From: an uncultured bacterium
Lineage (GTDB): Bacteria > Latescibacterota > UBA2968 > UBA8231
Direction of reading: 5' to 3'
DNA: 38,867 bases
Assembly (NCBI GenBank): GCA_964012055.1
Contig: CAXGRO010000001.1
Span: 1 to 38,867 of the forward strand
The position numbers and the translations under genes are program-made. The notes beneath the pieces are model-generated. The model had not been told where the DNA came from. It worked only from the letters and a program-made list of their open reading frames with translations, and did not search any database. Of the stretch, positions 28,449 through 38,867 are shown in pieces. Each line of letters starts with the position of its first letter. Position 1 is the stretch's first letter.

Positions 28449-29987
28449 ATGAAAACAGAAATTTATATAAACGAAGGGATTCACGAATCCCGCATTGCCA
28501 TAATGGAAGATGGCAATTTGGCAGAAATTTGGATTGAGCGACCGGAAAACGAGCGCATTGTGGGCGACATTTACAAGGGCACTATAACGGCTGTTCTGCC
28601 CAGCTTGCAAGCGGCCTTCGTCGACGTGGGGTTAGAGCGTACCGCTTTCTTACAGGTGAGGGATATGGTCGAAGCCTCCGAGAGAAGTAGCGACCTGGAA
28701 GGCAGCGATGGGGGTAGTTCGCGTAACGGTCGCCGCCCCCAAAACTATCCTCCCGTTCAGGACTTGGTTCGCAAAGGCGATCAAGCCCTGGTGCAGATTG
28801 CCAAAGAACCTATTAGCACCAAGGGCGCTCGCGTTACTACACAGCTTTCCATGGCCGGCCGCTTTGTAGTTTTGGTACCGGGTGGCAAGTGGGTGGGCGT
28901 TTCGCGCAAGATTTCCAGTTGGAACGAACGTCGACGCTTGCGCGATATTGTGCAAAAGGTTCGTCCAGAAGGTTATTCGGTGATTGTTCGCACGGAAGGC
29001 TGCAATAAGAGCGAGCGCGAGTTTAGACGCGATTTAAAACAATTGGTGAAGTTGCACCGCCAACTGGTAAAGACGAGCAAACGGGCCAAAGCGCCGGCCT
29101 TAGTCCACAAAGAGATCGGTATGACCTCAAGTGTAATACGCGATCTCTTCAACGATAATATCGACCAGGTTGTGGTCGACAATAAAGAGCAGTACAAGAA
29201 AATTCTCTCCTATGTGCGCACGGTTTCGCCCGAACTTAAAAAACGGGTGGAATATTACAAAGATCGCCGACCCCTCTTTGACACTGCGGGTATTGAAGAA
29301 GCCTTAGAAAAGGCAAACAACCGCTCCGTGTGGCTGCGCAAGGGCGGTAGCCTAGTTATAGACCACGCCGAGGCCGGCACGTTCATCGACATCAATTCGG
29401 CGCGCAACGTGCGCACCCACGACCAGGAAGAGAGCAATCTCAACACCAATTTAGAGGCGGCGCGCGAGGTGGCGCGCCAATTGCGTCTGCGCGATATTGG
29501 CGGCATCATTGTCATCGACTTCATAGATATGAACGAAGAAAAGAACCGCCGCAAAATTGTCGAACGTCTCATCGAGGAAGTAAAGAAAGATCGGGCTAAG
29601 ATTTCCATCAGTCCACAAGTCAGCGAGTTTGGCTTAGTGGAGATGACACGCCAGCGCGTGCGACCCAACCTCCTGCACACCCATAGCGAACCCTGCCCCA
29701 CTTGCCAGGGCACCGGCAGGGTGTTGGGCCCTGACACTACCGTCACCAAAATTGAGCGCTGGCTGCAGCGCTCCCAGGCCACCAGTGGCGAACGCCGCTA
29801 CGTGCTCAGGGTGCATCCCGATGTGGCCAACTACATGAAGGAAGACCACGAAAGCCGCATAAAGTCTATCCGCAAAGCGACCAAAGCCCGGTTGCAATTA
29901 GAGACGGATTCCACCCTTTCGGTGGAGGACTACCGATTTATCTCGGCAAAGCGCAATCTCGATGTGACCGCCGAGTACAGGGTTTGA
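28449..29987 (+). CDS. rng: ribonuclease E/G family endoribonuclease (RNase G size)
   Basis: 512 aa with an S1 domain (IVGDIYKGTITAVLPSLQAAFVDVG), FIDINSA, IIVIDFIDM and the Zn-link CPTCQGTG. A Gly/Ser/Arg-rich insertion follows S1. There is no long scaffold tail. Confidence 0.88.
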   Translation: MKTEIYINEGIHESRIAIMEDGNLAEIWIERPENERIVGDIYKGTITAVLPSLQAAFVDVGLERTAFLQVRDMVEASERSSDLEGSDGGSSRNGRRPQNYPPVQDLVRKGDQALVQIAKEPISTKGARVTTQLSMAGRFVVLVPGGKWVGVSRKISSWNERRRLRDIVQKVRPEGYSVIVRTEGCNKSEREFRRDLKQLVKLHRQLVKTSKRAKAPALVHKEIGMTSSVIRDLFNDNIDQVVVDNKEQYKKILSYVRTVSPELKKRVEYYKDRRPLFDTAGIEEALEKANNRSVWLRKGGSLVIDHAEAGTFIDINSARNVRTHDQEESNLNTNLEAAREVARQLRLRDIGGIIVIDFIDMNEEKNRRKIVERLIEEVKKDRAKISISPQVSEFGLVEMTRQRVRPNLLHTHSEPCPTCQGTGRVLGPDTTVTKIERWLQRSQATSGERRYVLRVHPDVANYMKEDHESRIKSIRKATKARLQLETDSTLSVEDYRFISAKRNLDVTAEYRV

Positions 29988-30057
29988 CAGATTGGAATTT
30001 GCTTTTTATCTTAAACTTCCTCACAAAAATCATACTTAGCGAATGTAGGAGAGCATC

Positions 30058-30372
30058 ATGTACGCAGTAGTCAAGATCGCCGGCAAGCAAGTGCAAGTCA
30101 ATAAAGGCGATCGGGTGCGCGTGCCCAAGCTCAATGTAGAAGAGGGCAGTCAGCACCAGTTTGCCGATGTTCTGCTGGTCTCCAACGAAGGGGAGACGCA
30201 GGTAGGCACGCCGGTAGTAGAAGGGGCTGCAGTGGCGGCCACCGTAGTAGGCCACGGCCGCGGCGAAAAGATTGTAGTATTCAAAATGAAGCGGCGCAAA
30301 AATTACCGCCGTCGCAACGGCCACCGCCAGGACTACACCGAAATTCAAGTCGACGATATCGTGCTAAATTAA
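30058..30372 (+). CDS. rplU: 50S ribosomal protein L21
   Basis: [18 protein letters not shown]..., 104 aa, preceded by a GGAGAG RBS. Confidence 0.95.
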   Translation: MYAVVKIAGKQVQVNKGDRVRVPKLNVEEGSQHQFADVLLVSNEGETQVGTPVVEGAAVAATVVGHGRGEKIVVFKMKRRKNYRRRNGHRQDYTEIQVDDIVLN

Positions 30373-30400
30373 GCTACACAAGAGCGAAAGGCGATAAAAA

Positions 30401-30655
30401 ATGGCACATAAAAAAGGTGTTGGAAGTTCTAAGAACGGGCGCGATAGCAACGCCCAGCGCCTCGGTGTCAAGCGATTCGGCGGTCAGTACGTCACGGCCG
30501 GCACCGTCATTGTGCGGCAGCGTGGCACGCGGATACACCCCGGCGCCAACGTCGGCAAAGGCGGCGACGATACGCTCTTTGCCACCATTGATGGCTCCGT
30601 CATGTACGAGACCTTTGGCAAGGGACGCAAGCGGGTGAGTATACAGGCCACTTAA
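30401..30655 (+). CDS. rpmA: 50S ribosomal protein L27
   Basis: [29 protein letters not shown]..., 84 aa. Confidence 0.95.
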   Translation: MAHKKGVGSSKNGRDSNAQRLGVKRFGGQYVTAGTVIVRQRGTRIHPGANVGKGGDDTLFATIDGSVMYETFGKGRKRVSIQAT

Positions 30656-30676
30656 TATCTGTTACAATTATAAATT

Positions 30677-30715
30677 AAAGCGGGCTGCCTTATTGCGAGG
30701 CGGCCCGCTTTTTTG
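30677..30715 (+). terminator. rho-independent terminator after rpmA
   Basis: Stem gcgggc...gcccgc with an inner tgcc/ggca extension, followed by T6 (30709-30714). Confidence 0.75.
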
Positions 30716-30986
30716 TGCTATAGCTGACGACGTACTTGGAGGGTTTGCGGGTGGCGGTCTTGTCTGTGATGCTTTGTGAGTTCCGCGTGGCTTTATGTGA
30801 AGTTGTTAGAAGGTGCGGATCCTGGAGCTAGATGATGGTACTGCAGTTGAGGTGTTCTCGGGGAGGGTAGCGATCACCCTGCTCCGCTCTGCTCCCAGAC
30901 ATAGCACCGCCGGCAAAATCGCCGCCCGCAAACATAGATTGGCATATGACTCATGAGCTGCGCTGTCTTTAATAAAATGGAAGCAG

Positions 30987-31744
30987 CTATTCGTGCTTGG
31001 CCATACGGGATTTGATAAATTCGCGGTTGAGAAAGACGATGTGTCCGACCGAAATTTCTTTGGGGCAGACGGCTTCGCACTCGTACTCGTTAGAGCAATT
31101 GCCAAACCCCTCGTCCGCCATGGCCTGGGCCATGGCGGCGGCCCGCTTGGGACGTTCGGGTTGGCCCTGGGGTAGGATACCCAAGTGTTTAACCTTGGCC
31201 GAAACAAAGAGCATGGCCGAGGCATTTTTGCAGGCCGCCACACAAGCGCCGCAGCCGATGCAGGCGGCCGCATCCATGGCTTCTTCGGACGTTTCTTGGG
31301 CGATGAGCAGGGCGTTGCCGTCGGGGGCTGAACCGGTATTGATGGAAGCATAGCCGCCGGATTGAATAATGCGGTCAAAAGCCGAGCGATCTACGACCAG
31401 GTCTTTAACCACGGGGAAGGCGGCCGCGCGCCACGGCTCAATGTGGATGGTGTCGCCGTCGTTGAACTGGCGCATGTAGACCTGGCAGGTCGTGGTGCCG
31501 CTTCCCGGCCCGTGCGCCACGCCGTTGATGACCAGGCTGCACATGCCGCAAATGCCCTCGCGGCAGTCGCTGTCAAAGGCGATGGGGTCTTCGCCCTGCC
31601 TGGCCAGCGTTTCGTTGACCACGTCCAACATCTCCAAAAACGACATATCCGGCGAGACGTCGCTGGCCTGGTAGGTGGCCATTTGGCCGCTGGCCTCGGC
31701 GTTTTGCTGGCGCCAGACTTTGAGGGTGAGGTTCATCAACTGGC

Positions 31745-31748
<4 letters not shown>
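30987..31748 (-). CDS. sdhB: succinate dehydrogenase/fumarate reductase iron-sulfur subunit
   Basis: 253 aa with three cluster motifs: [20 protein letters not shown] and CEAVCPKEI. Confidence 0.93.
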
Positions 31749-33667
<1,919 letters not shown>

Positions 33668-33670
33668 TCC

Positions 33671-34327
33671 TCATTTCGCCGTGAAAAACCACAGGGGAAT
33701 GCCGGCAAAGCCCAGAGCCAGAACCGCGCAGAGCACAGCGCCCAGGGTGCGAAGTTTTTGCGCCCGCTGCAGGTCGAGCCCCAGCGTTTGAAAGGCGCTT
33801 TGGAAGGCGTGCCACAGGTGAAAGCCCATAATCACCATGGCAACGGCATAACCAATGGCGTAAACCGGCCCTTTAAACGTGTTGACCACCAGATCGTATA
33901 AAGTGCCGCCGCCGCGGTCTCCGTATTTAAAAGTGAACAAGTGGAGGACCACAAAGATGAGCAAAACAATGCCCGAGTAGATCATGGTGGCCGACGCCAA
34001 GGTGCGGCCTCCCACGGCTTGGGTGCCGGCCTGGTAGTTGCGGGGGCGCGCCCGTCGATTGTCGTGGGTGACCCGTATGGCCAGGTATATGTGGAGGACA
34101 AAAATGGCCAGTAGCACCAGCTCCACCGGTATTAGGAGGGGATGGCTGGTGAGGAAGTCGGAATAGGCGTTAAAGGCCTGTCCTCCGTCGCCTTTGAGCA
34201 ACAGTAAATTGCCCGCCAGGTGGCCGATGAGAAAGCCGTAGAGCAGCAAGCCGGTGAGTGCCATGCCCAGTTTTTTGCCGATGGGTGTCGAAAGTAGTTT
34301 AGCCACCATTTCTTTTCTCCTCTGCAC
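33671..34327 (-). CDS. sdhC: succinate dehydrogenase cytochrome b subunit (single 5-TM anchor, b558 type)
   Basis: 218 aa with about five hydrophobic helices carrying conserved His. It lies directly upstream of sdhA, and there is no second anchor gene. Confidence 0.8.
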   Translation of the reverse strand: MQRRKEMVAKLLSTPIGKKLGMALTGLLLYGFLIGHLAGNLLLLKGDGGQAFNAYSDFLTSHPLLIPVELVLLAIFVLHIYLAIRVTHDNRRARPRNYQAGTQAVGGRTLASATMIYSGIVLLIFVVLHLFTFKYGDRGGGTLYDLVVNTFKGPVYAIGYAVAMVIMGFHLWHAFQSAFQTLGLDLQRAQKLRTLGAVLCAVLALGFAGIPLWFFTAK

Positions 34328-34739
34328 CCGCGCCGCTAAGCCGTGTCTTGGGAAGAGGCTGCGGGCGGGGTAGGGATTATGTCTAATTTGCGTTTAAAAT
34401 GCAAGTAAAACACTGCTAGATGTGTGGGAATAAAGATAATGAGAGGTTGGGTATATTGATAGTAGTATCCGTATGTATTGAAGAGTGATTGTAGAATAGT
34501 CTAGAGAAGTACCCGTTGACCTATTAGTCGATGCGGGCGATAAAATGTACGTTTTTACTAAAACTGGCGAGGCTAAAATTCCAAGGTGATTGCAAGAGCA
34601 TTTGTTCTGATGTTGCTTAAAGGCTATTAATAAGGTAGATGAAGTCTCGTCTCACTGGGGAGAGAGGGGTGTGATTCCTTGCTGGAAAAGGAAATTTTTC
34701 GTACCGTTTGATACTCCGATTAATAAGAGGTGAATAACC

Positions 34740-35897
34740 ATGAAAATTCACGAGTACCAGGCCAAGGAATTGCTGTGCCAGTACAAGGTGGCCGTGCCGC
34801 GCGGTGGGGTGGCGCAAACGCCGGAAGAGGCCGAGAAGATTGCCGCTGAGTTGGGGGGACGCGTTGTTGTTAAGGCGCAAATTCACGCCGGGGGACGCGG
34901 CAAGGGTGGGGGCGTTAAATTGGCGACCGAGGCGGCCGAGGCGCGGGCGGCGGCGGGTGAGATTCTCGGCATGCAATTGGTCACGCATCAGACCGGTGCC
35001 AATGGCCAGAAGGTAAAACAGGTGTTGGTTGAAGAGGCCAGCGACATTGCCCGCGAACTCTATTTGGGCATCACGCTGGATCGGGCGCAGAGCAAGCTGG
35101 TGGTCATGGCCAGTCAGGAGGGCGGGGTAGAGATCGAAGAGGTGGCAGCCACCCATCCCGAAAAAATACTCAAAGAAGTGGTGGACCCCGGCGTGGGCTT
35201 GCAGCCGTTCCAGGCTACTCGCCTGGCCTTTGGTTTGGGGCTGGAGGGCGCTGCTGTGCGCCAGGGCGCCGGTTTTATTCTGTCCTTGTACAAAGCCTAT
35301 GTGGGAGCGGATTGTTCGCTGGCGGAGATCAATCCCTTAGTTGTAACCGGGGACGGCCAAGTGTTGGCTTTGGACGCCAAGATCAACTTTGACGACAACG
35401 CCCTCTATCGCCACAAGGATCTAGCTGAGTGGCGCGATTTGGACGAGGAGGATGAGTTAGAAGTAGAAGCGTCAAAATACGATCTCAACTACATTAAACT
35501 CGACGGCAATATAGGCTGCATGGTCAACGGCGCCGGTCTGGCCATGGCCACTATGGATATTATCAAATTGGCCGGTGCCGAGCCCGCCAACTTCCTCGAT
35601 GTGGGCGGCGGTGCCAGCGCCCAAACCGTGGAGAATGGTTTTCGCATTTTGCTTTCCGACCCCAACGTCAAAGCGATTCTCATCAATATTTTTGGCGGTA
35701 TTGTGCGCTGCGACCGGGTGGCCGAAGGCGTGATTCAGGCGCGCCAGAACATCGATGTCAACGTGCCCGTAGTGGTGCGCCTGGCTGGTACCAACGCCGA
35801 CGTGGCCGCCGAACTGTTGGAACAATCGGAACTCAGTTTTGCCGTGGGCACCGGCTTAAAAGACGCAGCCGAAAAAGTGGCGGCCGCCATCCAATGA
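34740..35897 (+). CDS. sucC: succinyl-CoA synthetase beta subunit
   Basis: [12 protein letters not shown]..., ATP-grasp fold, 385 aa, GAGGTG RBS. Confidence 0.96.
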   Translation: MKIHEYQAKELLCQYKVAVPRGGVAQTPEEAEKIAAELGGRVVVKAQIHAGGRGKGGGVKLATEAAEARAAAGEILGMQLVTHQTGANGQKVKQVLVEEASDIARELYLGITLDRAQSKLVVMASQEGGVEIEEVAATHPEKILKEVVDPGVGLQPFQATRLAFGLGLEGAAVRQGAGFILSLYKAYVGADCSLAEINPLVVTGDGQVLALDAKINFDDNALYRHKDLAEWRDLDEEDELEVEASKYDLNYIKLDGNIGCMVNGAGLAMATMDIIKLAGAEPANFLDVGGGASAQTVENGFRILLSDPNVKAILINIFGGIVRCDRVAEGVIQARQNIDVNVPVVVRLAGTNADVAAELLEQSELSFAVGTGLKDAAEKVAAAIQ

Positions 35898-35913
35898 AAT
35901 TTGAGGTGAGAAC

Positions 35914-36783
35914 ATGAGCGTTCTGATCGACGAAAATACCAAGCTGATTGTACAGGGCATAACCGGCAGCGAGGGGTCTTTCCACACCCGCCAGATGATC
36001 GAATACGGCACCCAAGTGGTTGGGGGCGTGACGCCGGGCAAGGGCGGCCAGGAGTTTGAGGGCGTGCCCGTCTTCAACACCGTTTCCGAGGCCGTCGCCG
36101 CCACCGGAGCCAACGCCTCGGTTATTTTTGTGCCGCCCCCCTTTGCCGCCGACGCGGTCATGGAGGCGGCCGAAGCGGAACTGGCGTTGGTGGTGTGCAT
36201 CACCGAGGGCATTCCCGCCGACGATATTGTCAAAGCCTACCACTACCTGCAAGGTCGGCCGACGCGGCTGGTTGGCCCCAATTGCCCGGGCGTCATTTCG
36301 CCTGGCAGGTGCAAAATTGGCATTATGCCGGGGTTTATTCACACGCCCGGTAAGATCGGTTTGATTTCGCGTAGCGGCACCCTTACCTACGAGGCGGTGA
36401 GCCAGCTTTCCGAGCGCGGCATTGGCCAGTCCACCTGCATTGGCATTGGCGGCGATCCGGTCATTGGCACGCGCTTTTTGGACGCGCTGCAATTGTTTAA
36501 GGACGACGCCGACACCGAAGCAGTAGTCATGATTGGCGAGATTGGCGGTACCGCAGAGGAAGAGGCGGCCGCCTACGTTGGGCAGCACTACGACAAACCG
36601 GTGGTGGGGTTTATTGCCGGTCGCACGGCGCCGCCGGGGCGACGCATGGGGCATGCCGGTGCGATTATTGCCGGAGGGAAGGGAACGGCGGAGGAGAAGA
36701 TGGATGCGTTGGAGGCAGCGGGGATTTGGGTGTGTGAGAGTCCGGCGGATATTGGGGCGACGGTGGAGAAGGCGTTGGGTTAA
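35914..36783 (+). CDS. sucD: succinyl-CoA synthetase alpha subunit
   Basis: 289 aa with [12 protein letters not shown] and the phosphohistidine loop [10 protein letters not shown]. Confidence 0.96.
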   Translation: MSVLIDENTKLIVQGITGSEGSFHTRQMIEYGTQVVGGVTPGKGGQEFEGVPVFNTVSEAVAATGANASVIFVPPPFAADAVMEAAEAELALVVCITEGIPADDIVKAYHYLQGRPTRLVGPNCPGVISPGRCKIGIMPGFIHTPGKIGLISRSGTLTYEAVSQLSERGIGQSTCIGIGGDPVIGTRFLDALQLFKDDADTEAVVMIGEIGGTAEEEAAAYVGQHYDKPVVGFIAGRTAPPGRRMGHAGAIIAGGKGTAEEKMDALEAAGIWVCESPADIGATVEKALG

Positions 36784-36907
36784 TGTAGTATATTGTCGGA
36801 GGTTATCTTGGTACGCGGCATGGGGGTGGTCCCGACGCTCATGCCGCCAGTGATCGTATGGGAGATTAACTGCGTTTCTAGATATACTTAACCTTGAGTT
36901 GAAAAGT

Positions 36908-36942
36908 AAAAGGGCCTCCTAAAACTGGAGGCCCTTTTATTT
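36908..36942 (+). terminator. rho-independent terminator after sucD
   Basis: gggcctcc (36912-36919) pairs with ggaggccc (36927-36934), a 7-nt loop, followed by tttt. Confidence 0.75.
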
Positions 36943-36950
36943 ATATATAA

Positions 36951-37097
36951 CAATACTGTGGACACTTTTTGTAAGTCATTGATAAATAACGGCTTAGACA
37001 AATAGATATTGAAATTTGTAACTTGTTGATAAATAATCACTTACGAATTTCAACCTTACAAAAATCGCTCAAAATCGAAAAAGTGTCCACAGTATTG
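36951..37097 (+). mobile_element. MITE-like element, complete copy B (147 bp)
   Basis: Perfect 20-nt terminal inverted repeats caatactgtggacacttttt (36951-36970) and aaaaagtgtccacagtattg (37078-37097). The hexamer atataa flanks it on both sides. No ORF. About 96 percent identical to the inverted copy at 1-127. Confidence 0.7.
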
Positions 37098-37124
37098 ATA
37101 TAAGTTACATCTCGGTGAAAAAGA

Positions 37125-37637
37125 TCACTTCTCTTCTTTTTCCTCTTCCTCGTGGGTGAGGAGGATGTGTTTGTGGCGTTGGTGGCAGGTCATGCAGGTG
37201 ATGGGGTCGCCTTCTTTGGGCAGGGGCAGGGTTTTTTTGTGGACTTTATTGTCTGGGGTGGTGGCCGATAGGTGGATGCCGGGCGCGTCGCCGGCGGTTT
37301 GATATACGGCTAGAACTTTAATTTTGCCTTCGTCTTCGGGGATTTCGAAAGAAATTTTGCCCTTGATGGCGAGGCTGTCGACCAGACTTAGTTTCATGTA
37401 GCGGCCGATTTTCTTGTGTTTGGTTTCTTCTTTGTACTTCATTTTGCCGCCCTCTTTGACGTGGCAGAAAATGCATTTTACACCGAGTGCTTTGGCAACC
37501 TTTACCATTGCCTTTTGCGTTGCTTTCTTATTTTCTCCAAAGATTGTCTTACCTTCCTGAGCAAAGCCGGAGAGTTGGGTGCCCTCTAATAGGATGAGCA
37601 CCAGAATACCAGTGAATAGAACCGCGGTTTTGGGCAC
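37125..37637 (-). CDS. secreted dihaem c-type cytochrome
   Basis: 170 aa with a signal peptide and two CxxCH motifs (CIFCH, CMTCH). The context of the first (ALGVKCIFCH...KIGRYM) resembles the reaction-centre cytochrome c-like family. Acidic/Lys-rich tail. Confidence 0.65.
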   Translation of the reverse strand: MPKTAVLFTGILVLILLEGTQLSGFAQEGKTIFGENKKATQKAMVKVAKALGVKCIFCHVKEGGKMKYKEETKHKKIGRYMKLSLVDSLAIKGKISFEIPEDEGKIKVLAVYQTAGDAPGIHLSATTPDNKVHKKTLPLPKEGDPITCMTCHQRHKHILLTHEEEEKEEK

Positions 37638-37693
37638 GGAAGGCTCCTTTCGTTAAAACAAACTGTTCCGGAAGAATGTGAAAGATAAAGAAA

Positions 37694-38617
37694 CTATGTT
37701 GTAGCCGCCAGATAGCCGCGCGTGCGATTGTACCACCACAAATAGTCAATAAAGAGATCCGGTGCAAAAACCTTCAAACTTGCCCGCACGGCCCAATATA
37801 TGGGATAGTAGATCAGCGGCAGAAGTGCGAAGTGCATGAAAAGACGTTTGGGTGAAAATAGTGGTTCCTGCAAGAATCCAAGGCGCAACAGGGGGGCCAA
37901 ATCGGGATGTTTGCGCAGCAGCAGCGGCAGCGATTGGCGCCCATATGTGTGCATGAGCTGGCAAATTTGCGGAAAGGGGCGCAAATGATTGTGGTGCGAC
38001 AGGGCCGCGGGCGCATATAAGAAGGTGGATCTATCCAAAAAAAGGCGATAACCCAACTCTAAATCTTCGCCGCCGTAGGCGGTAAAATCCTCATCAAAAA
38101 GTCCCAAACGCAGCACCTGCTCCCGGAGCACAGAAGAGTTTCCCGTGACGAAGCACTTAAAGGGTACTGTTTCGTTGGCATTCAGGCGGTGTACTCCACG
38201 ACTGTCGATATAGCGCGTCAGACTCGACACAGGAATCTGAGGGCCGAACTGTATATTCCCAATGACCACCGTTTTTTCGCCCCGGTGTGCCGCAGCATGC
38301 GCCGCAAGAAAATTGGGTTCCACCGTCATGTCGCTGTCGAGAAATACGATCAATTCGCCGCTGCTGGCGCGAATGCCACTGTTGCGCGCCCTGGCGCGTC
38401 CCTCGTTGGTAGAGTGCCGAATCGATTGCAGGGCAAAGGGGCCGCAGGAGGCCTTGTAGCGCTCGGGATAGCTCGTCTGGGAGGCGTCGTCCACAACGAC
38501 AATTTCGACGGCGGCAGACGGGTAATTCTGCAACGCCAAGCTCTGTAGCGCCGCTTCCAATAAGTCGGGCTCGTTGTAGGTAGGTATAATCACACTGATG
38601 GACAGTGGGCGATTCAT
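37694..38617 (-). CDS. family 2 glycosyltransferase
   Basis: 307 aa with SVIIPTYNE, VVDDAS and FLDSDM (DxD). Confidence 0.88.
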   Translation of the reverse strand: MNRPLSISVIIPTYNEPDLLEAALQSLALQNYPSAAVEIVVVDDASQTSYPERYKASCGPFALQSIRHSTNEGRARARNSGIRASSGELIVFLDSDMTVEPNFLAAHAAAHRGEKTVVIGNIQFGPQIPVSSLTRYIDSRGVHRLNANETVPFKCFVTGNSSVLREQVLRLGLFDEDFTAYGGEDLELGYRLFLDRSTFLYAPAALSHHNHLRPFPQICQLMHTYGRQSLPLLLRKHPDLAPLLRLGFLQEPLFSPKRLFMHFALLPLIYYPIYWAVRASLKVFAPDLFIDYLWWYNRTRGYLAATT

Positions 38618-38623
38618 AGTGAC

Positions 38624-38867
38624 TCACAAAGCGGCATAGAGCTCCGTTAGGTGGCGGGACTCGCGTTCCCAATTGTAGTGCCGGGCCGCTTGGCGCGCCG
38701 CGTTGGCGTATTGCTGGCGCAATTCCGCGTCGGCCAAAAGGCGCTCGACGCAGTCCCTAATGGCCGTTACGTCTTGCGGATCCACTGCTTCGCCCGCCCC
38801 TGTGGCATCGACCACCGAACGCATTTCGGGAAAGTTGCTGGCCAATACCGGCAACCCGGCTATGAGG
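38624..38867 (-). CDS. GT-B (family 4-like) glycosyltransferase, C-terminal part only (runs off window)
   Basis: PVLASNFPEMRSVVDATGAGEAVDPQD...ARHYNWE is typical of the GT4 C-terminus. The frame is open to the window end. Confidence 0.7.
   Translation of the reverse strand, partial: LIAGLPVLASNFPEMRSVVDATGAGEAVDPQDVTAIRDCVERLLADAELRQQYANAARQAARHYNWERESRHLTELYAAL

Noticed and set aside
30806-31378. 190-aa minus-strand ORF overlapping sdhB in another frame
   Set aside because: It is a Pro/Ala/Ser-rich out-of-frame reading of sdhB that extends into non-coding DNA. It has no start context or motifs.
35833-36654. 273-aa minus-strand ORF antisense to sucD, and 34617-35156 antisense to sucC
   Set aside because: Shadow ORFs with an Arg/Gly/Ala-rich translation. 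sucC and sucD are unambiguous on the plus strand.
36951-36970. TGTGGACAC inside the MITE terminal repeats as DnaA boxes
   Set aside because: It has two mismatches to TGTGGATAA, including a position required by the relaxed consensus. The resemblance is probably fortuitous.

Overview
This 38.9-kb window is the chromosomal replication-origin neighbourhood of an unidentified bacterium; I cannot assign a taxon from sequence alone. Left to right it holds sthA, a sulfatase, and a decayed insert with a tyrosine-integrase remnant. Next come a 3-gene sugar ABC uptake operon (no ATPase gene), a tRNA-Ser/Ser/Gln operon, an orphan RHH gene and a nonsense-riddled glycosidase-like remnant. The origin core follows: gyrA-gyrB-DUF721-recF-dnaN on the minus strand, an AT-rich DnaA-box cluster (oriC), dnaA, and divergently rpmH-rnpA-yidC-mnmE-rsmG. 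Downstream are a CDP-alcohol phosphatidyltransferase, tmk, an S41 protease, RNase G, rplU-rpmA, a three-subunit sdhCAB, sucCD, a small dihaem cytochrome c and two glycosyltransferases. I found no convincing novel multi-gene system: no CRISPR array and no recognisable defence, toxin or prophage module. Most of the window is ordinary housekeeping DNA, and the items worth a second look are mostly non-coding. (1) A 147-bp MITE-like element has perfect 20-bp terminal inverted repeats. Its two oppositely oriented copies (one cut by the window start) bracket oriC almost symmetrically. (2) A 124-nt GC-rich long hairpin fills the gyrB-gyrA spacer. (3) A second DnaA-box cluster lies downstream of rsmG. 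(4) Two consensus parS sites sit between mnmE and rsmG, with no parAB in the window. (5) A 600-nt structured leader precedes RNase G. (6) There are several decayed genes and a pronounced GC trough around the origin. All family assignments are from motif recognition by eye; no database search was run.
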